A DNA stretch of 64,000 bases, taken from the NCBI GenBank assembly GCA_964187785.1, contig OZ076409.1:89592001-89656000 (forward strand). Direction: 5' to 3'. The stretch is from Amphiscolops sp. MND2022 (taxonomy: Eukaryota). A program made the translations under genes and the position numbers. This document shows, piece after piece, positions 1 through 10,951 of the stretch; position 1 is the stretch's first letter; each line of letters starts with the position of its first letter. The notes beneath the pieces were generated by a model. The model was not told where the DNA came from, made no database searches, and saw only the letters and a program-made list of their open reading frames with translations.

Positions 1-3000
1 AGGGCTTTCGCATTGAAATGTTCATTTAATTTGTGCTCAGCCTTTTTCAGTTCCCATCTTTCAGAACCGAACAACCGTGTCATGGTTATGATAGCTCTGT
101 AATGGTGTATTTTTGTAGTTTTGGCGAGTGACTGATGGGTGTTCGTCTTCAAAAGTTACAAACACTTTAGGGCTTCCGAGATACAATATTCCTCGTGTTC
201 TTTCCAGTTTAAGGATTCATTGACAATGAGCCCTACATCTTTGGAGGACAATTCACGCTCCAGTATTTGATCTCCCAGCAGTAAGGCTACGTCTGTTGTT
301 CTTTTGGTGTTTTTTCCAGTCGCAAGTTCGATCACGGAGCACTTCTTGGAACAAAACACGAGACAGTTTTGTGTTCTCCAGGAGTTTAATTTATCAATGT
401 CACTTTGCAAGCGTTCCAGTTGCTCTGGACTACCACTGTAGATTAGTTTCAAGTCACCAGCAAACAGTAGCGCCACTGAGGAAAACACAACACTCGGTAG
501 ATCAGGTTTGTATATCAAAAAACAAGACGAGAACAACTAAAGTCGGCGCTATATCTAAGGCTCAAAAAGCGCAAAACATTTTTTTGGAAAAAAATTTCAA
601 ATTTTTGAAATTTTTTTTTTCGGAAAATGTCGCACAGTGCCAAAAAAAGTAAAAGGGGGCCCTTTTTGATTTATAAACATGCATTCTGTTGCAAAATAAC
701 AAAAAACTCAAAGGGGGGACCCTTTGGGACATTCAAAAATTTTCGAAAATAAAGTCGCACAGTGTCGAAAAAATTAAAAGGGGACCCCTTAGTCTCGGCC
801 GGTTTTGTAGGTTACGTTAAAAAAGTAAAAACTGAAAGGAGCGACCCTTTGGAGACAGAAAAAATTTCGAAAAAAAATCGCCCCGTGCCGAAAAAAAATC
901 GAAAGGCGGGACTTTTTAGTCCCGTCCGGTTTTGTCAATATATTTTGAGAGTGTCACAGGACGATAGTTTTTAACATTTATTCTTTCGTTTTCTTTGTGG
1001 ATTGGTGAAACCATTCCTTCTTTCCATTCAGTCCGAATTTTAGATAGTCTTTTTATGTTCGAGTACAAGAGTTTAAGCCACCGCGTTACCTCCACTCCCT
1101 TCGCCCGTAAAAATGCTGCGGAAAGCCCGTCGGCACCACGGCTTTTACTGATGTTGAGCCTCTGCAGATCTTCGCTGTTTCAATTCATTGATATGGAAAG
1201 TGATGTCCCCAAACTCCACTTGCTCAGTTGGGATGAAGATGGAATAATCAGGATCCGTTTCAATAGAAACAAAGTACTTATTGAGAAGCTCTGCTTTGTT
1301 GTATTCCTTAGTTGCAACTTCGTTTGTTTCGCCATTAACTCCTCTCCTGGGAAAATTTTCTTTTTGCTAGCTCTTCAGACACTTGAAAATTCTTTGACCA
1401 TTTTTTCCGGCGAAAAGTTTTGTTTCGTAGTCGCTTCTGTCCCTTTCTGGTAGTTCCGGGCATCTAGACTCCAAAAGGATCACTTTGCTTGAAATCTCAG
1501 AAGTTTTTCTTTGTTGACTTCGTCTAGCAGTTGACAGTTTAATCAGCACGTGTGATGTTTCATTTGATACCCATGGGGATATTTCTGTCTCTTTTTTGTC
1601 CGTTTTGGAGTTTATTTATTCATCATTGAATAAATCCAAAGGTACCATAGATTTACATTACCATCAACATTGCAATAACAATACGGCCCGAAAGGTTGAA
1701 CAGCCATTTCAGCTAGCAGAGAATGGTAGTCTCAACGGCAGTAACTTTTTTTGACTATTAAATTTTTCTGTAATTCGTACATTTGTCGTTAGTTCAATTG
1801 TTAAGGGGATATGACTTGAGAAGCCTTCCATGCCTGCCTTTTTTCGCAATGGCACCGATGAATGATTCCTCTGTTATAGTACAAGGTCCAAACAGGAACT
1901 TTTCGTGGTTTTGAAGTTCACCATCTGAATCAACCAGCAGTCTTCTATGAAGGAAAGAATTTGTTGCTCGTAAATGTCTGCAGATTGGTAGGTGTCCCAA
2001 ATTATATTTAGCAAGTTGAAGTCGCCAACAAAAATGAAATTTTTCTTACAGTTTTTTTTCGAAGAAAAGCAAACATTTCTCTAAGGTCGTTCACTGGTAT
2101 CCGATAGGGACTTTCGCTATCAGGGTTGTAGAGGATTCCTTTGAATAACAGTTCAAGATTCTTGAGTTGTATCACTCGCAATGTGTTCTGTATCGACGTA
2201 GGCAGTGTATTTATGTAGACTTTTTCATGTTTGATGTGGTCTTTGACTGCTATGAGGACCCACCATTATGGGCCGAGATTTCATTGTTCGAAGGTCTGAC
2301 AGCTCGAAATATTTGAAAGTTTTGTAGGTAAAGTTCTCTGTTTCTAAACGTTTTTGTCAGCCACGTTTCGGTTATCAATAGTATGTCGTTCGTCAGTCGA
2401 TAAACAAAGTCAGCATATTCTACCCTTCGATTTCTAAGCAACATGTTGCGTAGATTGTATTGTAATGCTTTGAATTTTGACAACAGTGACGCTTCTTCCG
2501 AAGCAAAATCTTTTGTAGTTTCGTTTTCGATTGTCTTTTTCCTTTTCTGTAGCTCAAATGAGTCCCTGGGCCACGTATCGTGTAAATAAAGTTATCGGAT
2601 TTTTCTACTTCTCTAGTTTTCGCTTCCTCAATCATTACTTTATTCAGTTTCCGTGTTGCTTGGGAATAGTCATGAGATACCCTGATATATCTAAACATTT
2701 CGTGTGAAGTTTTCAAGTTCCGTAGTAGTCGGAAGATTCAAAATAGTAAGCGAGTATTGGAATTTGAGTCTGTCTTCGCAGACAATGTCAAAGAATTTCA
2801 AATCCTCCTGTTTTCTTTGTTCTCAAGATTCTAATACACTCTCTTTCACGTTGAAAAGAAGTAAGTTCTGCTCCTGTTTTTCAAGATCAAGCTGTTATTT
2901 TTCTTGCTCTGCCAATGTTTCAGGCACAATGACTTTCAACTTCTGAGGCTGTATATTGGCTTGAAGTTTCGAGGCAGATTTAATTTCACACGATATTTTT

Positions 3001-3330
3001 TCCTGTTGATCTTTGATTTCATTCAATTTCGTATCTAAGGTTCTTCCAATTTCTGGAATCGGTTTTCAATTTCGATTTCGACTTTGAGTTAATGTCCTTT
3101 TCAGGTTCATCTTAGAGTTTACGCTTACCGTGTTCCTTGCATAGCTTGCAAAGCCAGATGAGTCCTTCACATTTCTTGAGAGCATTTAGTAACGGAGATG
3201 GAACACCCGACTATATATGTTCCCGTGGTACCAAATACCAAACACTTGGCAAGCGAGGCTTCCTTCTTTACACTCATTTCCACATTCATCACAAGGATAT
3301 TTTGCAGAAGGATTTCTCTTGCCACTAGTC
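1..3330 (-). mobile_element. Decayed APE-endonuclease non-LTR retrotransposon (L2/CR1-like LINE): ORF1 remnant, endonuclease, RT fragments
   Basis: Minus-strand fragments: APE motifs (KALQYNLRN..ILLITETWL..GG at 2250-2483; IFVGDFNL near 2010-2035), RT end (LLFAGDLKL..LQSDIDKLNSW..KDVGLIVNESLNWKEH at 156-510), coiled-coil ORF1-like text at ~2500-3140; many stops and frameshifts; interrupted at ~521-940. Confidence 0.8.
521..940 (-). mobile_element. Truncated copy of Helentron/DINE-1-like repeat family 1
   Basis: Reverse complement of the family 3' end (cgccgacttt...gtcttgtt) plus internal aaagggggaccc repeats shared with the copies at 30.6, 40.6, 44.3, 52.3, 53.8 and 56.0 kb. Confidence 0.8.
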
Positions 3331-3879
3331 ATCCCGAATCAGATATGCCCCTTCTAACGAACTAAGGTTTTTGGAGGCACAAGTCTGACGAAGGATGGTT
3401 ACAAGGAATGAAGGCACTTAAAAGTACTAACTTCGTACCCTCTCTCATACCGTCTTCTCCGTCTCATACCGTCTTCATACCGTCTTCTCCGTCTCTCTTT
3501 TTGAGAAGGTTTGTTTCTGTTGTGCTTTTTCTTCCTCCAGAATGATCCAAGATTAATGCGTCTATTCCAGATGGTGTTGAAGAATTTCAGCTTTAGTGCC
3601 TCTGACATATGATTGTAACGTCATCCTATAATGAACGAAATTTTGGAAATTTTTGAAAATTTCGTTCAAAACTGACGTGGCACTCGAACATGGTTTTGCA
3701 AAGTACCTGTCAGCAGAAATCATAGAGAGACAGAAAAAAGAAGTACCGCGCGATGTGGAGAACGAACAAGAACCATGTAAATTGGTGAAAACAGATAGCC
3801 ATGCGCTAGAATCTACGGCGTTTGCCTGTTAGAACCCACTTTGGCTGGATCTACTCGAAAAACAGCATGACGGCGTAAT

Positions 3880-5335
3880 TACAGTATCCGCATTACGATA
3901 CACGTAGCGGTGACTTCGATTTCAGTCACGCAGCGTAATCTGTGTAATCCGTAAAATGGTCACAGCGTAAGTTAGTCAAGACGGTCTATGCTTCAACGGT
4001 GTAGCTGTGTCAACGCGCGTAATGGAAAAAAGTGTAAACTAGTCAAAACACGTAGTTAGTGAAAAGTGGAAGTTATTCCAAAAATACTCTTTTTCGTAAT
4101 TCAGTCAAAACTTTGACTAACTTCCACTTTTTGCAAATTGCAGATCGCTATACTTGCAATAAGTGGAAGTTAGTCAAAGTTTTGACTAACTTACACCATG
4201 TTCATATGCATTCAAAACTCAGTGTTCGTTTTAATTCCAATTCATACCACAGCATCGTAAATCAGTCAAATTAAACAATGATTCAATAAATAATTAGTTA
4301 TCATTACTAAGCCCTACCGTGCATAGTACGTATAAACTGCATTCAATGCAAGTTGCACACGTGAAAACGTGTGTTTCATTCACGCATTTACGTGCAAATA
4401 AAATACCTTGTAGCTTCTAATTAGTAAAATTATAACAATTGATTGATCTGTCAACAGGTTTCCTATTTTAGGAAAACATAATTTCAAAGCAGCCCTCATT
4501 AATAGTTGCCTAACTAATTTTAATTTTGGTCCCTGTCGTAAGCACGGTCACCGGAATGATTGCATAACTTGTTATTTTGGTCTGGGTATTTTGAGCCAGG
4601 GTATTGACAAGGATCATGATATTATTCATTTATTACTATTAAAAAATTAATAACGTACATATGCGGTTTTGATCCCTGTCGTGAGCAACATCAAGAAAAG
4701 TTGAAACAAATAGTCTATACGAAGTTGAAACTTTATCAAACCGAAAACAATAGTTTATGGAATACCGATCTTGAATCATTGAACTAAAAACGAAGTTTGG
4801 ACCATGTGCCTTATCCTTCTCAGATAAATACTGTTTCTTATCCAACAACACTCCCCCCCATCCAAGTCTTCCCAAACAAATGAAAGTAGGTCTCATAATG
4901 AAGGGGCGATTGCTTCATTGAACGTGGTAATTTTGGTCCCTGTCGTGAGCACTTCCATTAGTAGTCAGATTTACTGTTTATGCGATTTGATTCTGTGTAT
5001 GCAAATCAAGCAGTATAGTTATGAGTCAGCGTGTGTAGCTTACCAGTAACAACCCGTAATTACCAGAACTATGTGTAAATATGAGATGCACAGTGTAGTT
5101 AGTCAAATTGCTTAAACTAGTCAATTGGTGTAAACTAGTCAATTCTTGTACTATCCAATGGTGTAAACTAGTCAACGTACGAAGCTGTTTCAACTAGCGT
5201 AACGTCTTATCAATGCGCGTAATGTGTGACAAGTGTAAAACTTCCAAAAAAAATATTCGCGCTCTGATTGGACAAAAATCGAACTAGCAGGATCCTGCTA
5301 GTTCATACCGGGATGTGTATCGTAATGCGTGCCCG
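3880..5335. mobile_element. Non-autonomous DNA transposon-like element with near-terminal inverted repeats
   Basis: cgcattacgatacac (3889-3903) / gtgtatcgtaatgcg (5315-5329); internal aactagtcaa repeats and three tttt-g(g/a)tccctgtcgt(g/a)agca copies; no convincing ORF. Confidence 0.6.
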
Positions 5336-5981
5336 GGGGTTGTGCCCAGCTCGAGCGCTGGCGCTATGCCGCCCAGAAGCCCATCCACTTCGCCAAACTG
5401 GACTTTGTTACTTCGTTGTAGTGCTTATCGTATTTGTTTGATGAATTCTTAGCTCGAGGGCTACCCATATCATGTGCTATTTACATTAGATTCCCATCTG
5501 GAGAAAATCAGTTCTATGCTACTTTGTCGTTTTTATAGGCTATTTACGCAGTGGTTGCGAGAAGAAAGCGTAATTCATGTGACTTTTAGCAGTAACAGAC
5601 TGGAATCAGGTCAGAAAGTATCCCAAGAGACGGTTCCCCCCCCCATCTCCTTGGGGACCAACTACCCTTAGGAGGATAAAGTGAGCTTGAGAAAGGTCGA
5701 AGTGTATTGAAGTCTGCTTCAGCTTTTTTCTTGATACCAGTTTTCTTGTAGCGTCTATAATGAGGTTTTCTGTTTTCCGTAGCTCTTTCAATATTTTCTT
5801 ATGTTCCCATCTTGCTAAGCGAGGTCGAACAGGAGCAAAGACCTAGCTGGAACGAAGATCGCGAAGCGATCGTAGTGGGAGCTGGTCTTTGCGACGGTGA
5901 TGGCGAGCGTGCATACACCGTATATGACCCCATATTAAGTGGGGAGAAACACCTAATTCATTTTAAACGCTTCGCAGGAGC

Positions 5982-6136
5982 AAAAACCGGATAAGGGACA
6001 ATTTGCTGAAAGACAATTTGCCGAAACCCAATTTGCAGAACGTGAAGGGCAATTTGCAGAAAATTATTCGGCAAATTGTCCTCGAGTCAATTTTTGGCAA
6101 ATAGTCTTTCGACAAATTGTCCTGTATCCGGTTTTT
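5982..6136. mobile_element. Small foldback/MITE
   Basis: aaaaaccggata..ggacaatttg at left, caaattgtcc..tatccggttttt at right; internal caatttgc(c/a/t)gaa repeats. Confidence 0.6.
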
Positions 6137-6427
6137 CGTGTCGTAAGCTCCCACATCCCAGTAGGTTTTGTAGTATTTTGTTTCTGTTTTTTGCTCTTTC
6201 GTTCAAGCTCATTCCAGGACAGTTGAATGTTCTGACTGATATCTTTTTGTATACTCCGTAAGGTAGGGATTTGATGGCTCGGTCCAGTGAACTGGCTCCC
6301 ATGATGAATACCATTAACACTACCTGTCTCTAAAAATCCTTCAAGAGGGCTTCCCAATCGTCAGTTTACCCGGTCTTTCGTTCAAATCACCGAAACTTTT
6401 TGATCAAGTATGTATCATTATATATAC

Positions 6428-6600
6428 CACAGTGGCACGTATGCGCAGCACAGATGTTGGCTCCGAGGCGTAAACCAATTGAAATCCGAAGCGGCTGATC
6501 ATCAAGTTTCAGGCCTAGGTTCTTACAAGGAACGACGTTCAGCCATTGAGACCAGAATTTGCCTCGATGAGCGTTAAAAACTTTGGAACATTTGTTCGAA
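6428..6600 (-). mobile_element. Short inverted fragment of the CRE-like retrotransposon spanning the uninterrupted Gypsy target site
   Basis: Translates SKVFNAHRGKFWSQWLNVVPCKNLGLKLDDQPLRISIGLRLGANICAAHTCHCG, matching 7335-7420 joined to 23651-23724 with a single CTTGA. Confidence 0.9.
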
Positions 6601-6939
6601 ATAAAATGAATTAGAAATGAAATTATTTGACCGGGTTGTGGATAGAAAAAAGTTCTTTCAGCCCAAGTGCAGCGATAAACCAACAAAACAGCGTCAGAGA
6701 TGTCCAGTTGTCTCAAATTCAAAAAATTGCAATCTCTGAACGTATTCAATAGGTCACAACAGTTAGGAAAAGTGAACCATGGCGAAAGGTCTGGGTTTTT
6801 TCGAAACTGGTTTCTAATTTTGGTTGAGTGAGCCCCTATCAATGCGTGTCCGTTTCAGAATTCTAAATTTTTAGATTCTGAAGTAGCAATATAACATTTT
6901 GTGTTGTTGCCTTTTTGTGGAAGGGTTGGGGTTGCCTTT

Positions 6940-7420
6940 TCCTGAGAACCAGTACATGTTTTAATCATCCAGCTCTCTTGGAGAAATATGACAAAACCGT
7001 GCGCGACGGACTTTCCAAAGTGTGTAACGTGAACTTCGACGAGATTTCGAGTACTCAGCTGGCTCTGCCTGCTGAGATTGGTGGTCTTGGGGTTTTATCC
7101 GCATCATTATTAGCACTGCCCGCCTTTTTGGCCTCAGCTTTTGGTGCGAGTGACTTTCTCACGATGATTTTCTCGGAAACATTCGAAGATGTTTCGTTTA
7201 CAAAAGCGCTTGAGAAGTGGTTGAATTTGACGAATGAACAGGAAAGTCCTCTCGATGGAACTCAGAAAAATTGGACACAACCTGTCTACGTCAAAACCGC
7301 CCCAGATTTGATTTCTAGAATGGATGACAAACGTTCGAAAGTTTTCAACGCTCATCAAGACAAATTCGGGTCTCAATGGCTGAACGTCGTTCCTTGCAAG
7401 AACCTAGGCCTGAAACTTGA
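6940..7420 (+). mobile_element. CRE-like (RLE-type) non-LTR retrotransposon, 5' part, truncated
   Basis: QLALPAEIGGLGV..LALPAFLAS..SQWLNVVPCKNLGLKL, post-RT region typical of RLE-encoding LINEs; continues at 23646 after the Gypsy insertion. Confidence 0.8.
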
Positions 7421-9177
7421 TGTCGTAAGCACGAGAATTCGTGCTTGTGAATCCGTCTTTGAGACGGTCATTGGCCTGCTTACTCTTAGAATTGTTCCTA
7501 GGTTCTAAGTTTTGCAGCACTTCGGAATATCCTTCTGGTCTCTCAGCCGGAACGTTCCATCTCTCTTTGGTCAACTGTCCCGACCCGGCCATAACTGCAT
7601 TTTGGATTTGAGGCAAAATTTGACTACTGATTGCCTCATTTATGGCTTTTTGAATCTGAACACTGACGCTATTCATCATTTCATCCATCTCTCGAGATAT
7701 ACGGGAATTTAACTCACTCGACAGTCTATTGATCTCAACACTTGAACTCCCTCTGATTGAATTTTGGCCTAATTCGGTATTTGGGCTAGGTCCATTATTT
7801 CCCGGGTTTGGGAACTCATTCTCAGTCTCATCTCCAAATTCATCTCCAAACAAGCTTTCTGGCCTACCGGCCTGATTACTATTCACACTTTCACTTCTCT
7901 CATTTCTATCAAAGTGGTTTCCTCCGAGCATAATATCCAAATTCTCAATGTTTGATAGCATTTCTGCTACTCTAGATTTCCTTGCTTTCTTCTGTTTCCT
8001 AGTAGTAGGCATTTAGAAAGAAAGTCCGAGGTTAATATTGAATTAGTTCGGAAAACTGGTAATATTAATGAACTGAACGTTATGAAAAGAAAGCAAATTG
8101 TGTCCCCTCAGGAGGGGGTGTATATATATACCTCCTGAGGCATGACACTCACATTTTCCACATATTATTGAAATGTTTACATATTTTAAAGGATCATGAG
8201 ATTTTACGAGGATTGAAAAATAGCTATTGCATCGGTGTGATTCAGGAATTTAGGGTCGGAAGAATTCCTGAAGAATGTACTCAATTACAAACTCATGATA
8301 GCTTCAAAGTACGGGGGACGGTTTAGTCCGCATTCCCGTAACAATTAACATCAAGGCAAATACATGTTCAGACACTTCAAAGTAATATTTGTGTCAACAG
8401 GTATGTGAGGTATCTAAGGCACGTGCCTGCACACGCAGGCTAATTCATCAGGTAGCAACTCTAATTATATGCACTAATAAAAGGTGAGCGTGGCCCAATT
8501 CGGCCATTTGACAAAGGTACCAGCCAATTAAAGTGACCGGTTTAGTCCACTGGACTAGTATTTAGAGTTTCATGACTGGTGGTCACAACTACATCAATTG
8601 GGTTTAAATAGCCCCATTAGCGCCTTCTAATTACAAATATAATCCTACATGACTTTAAATAACATGCATACTCAAATTAAACAATTACATAAGCTAATAG
8701 TTGGAATGGCCTAATCCGGCCATTTACCTTTGGTCCGCTTACAAAATAAGGTATAGCGTCAAGTGGCCGTATACGGCCAAACAAATATGACAGTATAATG
8801 CACAGCAAGATAGAGCGTTCTGATTGGCTGACGGAATGAGCTCAAGTGACGTCTCCGGAATTGGAGTTTTGTTCACTTGAACTCGTTTCCGTTAAGCTTT
8901 ACACTTGCCTTTATTACATTACGTCACTGCTAAACAATTCATCATATAAACATAATCATCACCGTTTGAATTCTAACACGGGTATTAATCAGACTAATAT
9001 TCATTTTGCGGTATAAAACCATAATCCGAATACATAATGAATGTAATAAAACAACAGTGAGTTTTACTGAAAGTTTTGAATAATTCTCCTAAAATGTGGG
9101 TAAAGTGCCTGGTACGGCTTCTTGCTCGTTGGTAGTCGTTGTGATTCGTGTCCCATCGCAAGCGGCAGCCTGCGACA
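7421..9177 (-). repeat. 3' LTR (1757 bp)
   Basis: Direct repeat of 21891-23645; begins tgtcgta, ends tgcgaca; holds an intact copy of the gag N-terminus (ATG 8012) and the last codons of ORF 9089-9958. Confidence 0.97.
8106..8140 (-). promoter_or_regulatory. Candidate LTR TATA box enclosed by a 10-bp inverted repeat
   Basis: cctcaggagg-gggtgtatatatata-cctcctgagg, ~110 nt upstream of the gag ATG; counterpart at ~22574-22609 in the 5' LTR. Confidence 0.5.
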
Positions 9178-9880
9178 CTGCGGGTGCTAGGAAAAGAAGA
9201 CTTCCGGCATGTAGACCATTTTCGTAGGCCTCTCTCCTCAAGTCCGTTATACATGCCGGTTCACTGCGCGGTGTCGATCTGCTCATGTACCAATTCACCT
9301 TCTCTTGTTTAATTTCGTCCACTGATCTTCCACAGACCATACATCCACGGCCCAACTGTTTACTAAGATCCGAATACGGCTGTACTTGTTGGATGTGGTA
9401 AGATGCGTGGAAGTTGGTGCTAACTGGCTGTTCCATGAGCACGTCTTGGGACGGCCCTCTCTCATGTTCGGGCGGAGACAACGGCGATTCCAACACTGGT
9501 AGAATTGTGTTGCAAAGTTCTATCCGGGTTCTTTCTGCCTTCCTCATCGGCGCATACAGGAGTTTCTCGTCAAAGTGTTTGAATCCCAATTTCGGAGTCG
9601 AAGGCGGCCGCATTTGAAGATTACTTGGTCCAGCTGCTGATTCTGTAGCCTGCCCCTCCACAGTCATCTTGCGACCTGCGATTAAAATTGGGCTTGACTT
9701 AACTTCCCTCTCGATTCTCTCTATGATAGCCTCGGTGTCCGTGGACCAATCGGAATCCCATGAGGTAGATGAGGTGTCTTCCTCCTCGTCACTCGATAGG
9801 TAGATGACTGAATTTACGGAGGCTTCTGAGTCCGATTCTTCTAAGTCGAAAAGCTTTCTTGCTAGGTTAAATTTAGCCAT
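9089..9880 (-). CDS. Extra sense-strand ORF of the Gypsy element, unknown function (acidic tract, CxxC); ends inside the 3' LTR
   Basis: Uninterrupted frame 9958-9089 (289 codons), first ATG at 9880; no signal peptide or TM segment seen, so not env-like. Confidence 0.65.
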   Translation of the reverse strand: MAKFNLARKLFDLEESDSEASVNSVIYLSSDEEEDTSSTSWDSDWSTDTEAIIERIEREVKSSPILIAGRKMTVEGQATESAAGPSNLQMRPPSTPKLGFKHFDEKLLYAPMRKAERTRIELCNTILPVLESPLSPPEHERGPSQDVLMEQPVSTNFHASYHIQQVQPYSDLSKQLGRGCMVCGRSVDEIKQEKVNWYMSRSTPRSEPACITDLRREAYENGLHAGSLLFLAPAVSQAAACDGTRITTTTNEQEAVPGTLPTF

Positions 9881-10951
9881 TATTATCTTTTTTGCAATTT
9901 TGTTGATTCGCAGAGCGACTTGTTGCTTGCAGGATTCAAAGTTGAATGAATTTGTCAAAATTTTCTTCAGGCCAATTCAGGCTATTTTCCCGGAGTTCCA
10001 TTTCGGCGGGAGAGACCATGGTCAATCGCCCTGATCCGTCGTAAACTTTCTAGAATGGAATTTCTCAGCGGCTTATTTATCCTTTGAAATTCGGAATGGA
10101 TCCCCCCTTTCTCACTCTCTCAAGTGAGTATGCGAAGAGGTGTTAAGTTGACAACAACAAATAATTCCACTTCAAGTGGGTAATCAACATCAAGCTTGGT
10201 AGCAATTAACGGCACTTGTCGGATGAAACTCACTGAAATGGCTTCAGCCAATCAAATTTGAGCTTCGATAAATTTGGAAAAATGAATAATAAAGATGGCG
10301 GAAAATAATAATTTTGAATAACTAAAATGGCGAAAATCTAACTAAGGTAACTAGGAAAACTGAACAAAACGGCAACATAAGTTGGGGTAAACGGCCATAA
10401 TCGGCCACTAATTGTAACAAGGTTGTAAATAGCGAGATACGCCCTGTACATTTCGCTGGCAGACTCCGTGTACAGATTTAAATATGTAGATAATCAAATA
10501 ATATTAGTCTGGTAAACCTTCAGCCACGATCTCCAACTTTCACTTCTTCCATTGTTTATTTATTTCGTTTGTACTACCATTACCATTCGAATTCCTTTAT
10601 ACTCGATTCTTATACCATTTGCTAGTCCTTTTATCTACCTGGGGCTCCAGAACAGTTGTGGACTTCTCCTTCATTCTCCGTAGCCATCCGAGCCTCCTCC
10701 CCATCTGTTGTCCGAGTCCGGCCATCATCCCCAATTTTCTCATCCGAATTTGGGTAGATCCTCAGTGGATTCAATTATCTCAGCAGGATGTCTTCGAATA
10801 CAGGTTGGTCTGGATTTTTTTTTGAACTAACTTGGCTTGATCAGGGCTAAATTTCGTTCATTAAGCGCTTCCTGTTTCCATCAGAGAACACGTGATAGCA
10901 CGTTTCATTCAAATTTTCAAGACTGCTTCCGGAAGTCTTCTGACGCGGCAA

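Noticed and set aside
6087..6357. Possible SGNH/esterase-like LINE ORF1 fragment
   Set aside because: Too short and degenerate to support
7404..8012. Separate 202-aa gene
   Set aside because: It is the gag N-terminus duplicated within the 3' LTR
9089..9958. env gene
   Set aside because: No signal peptide, furin site with fusion peptide, or TM anchor seen
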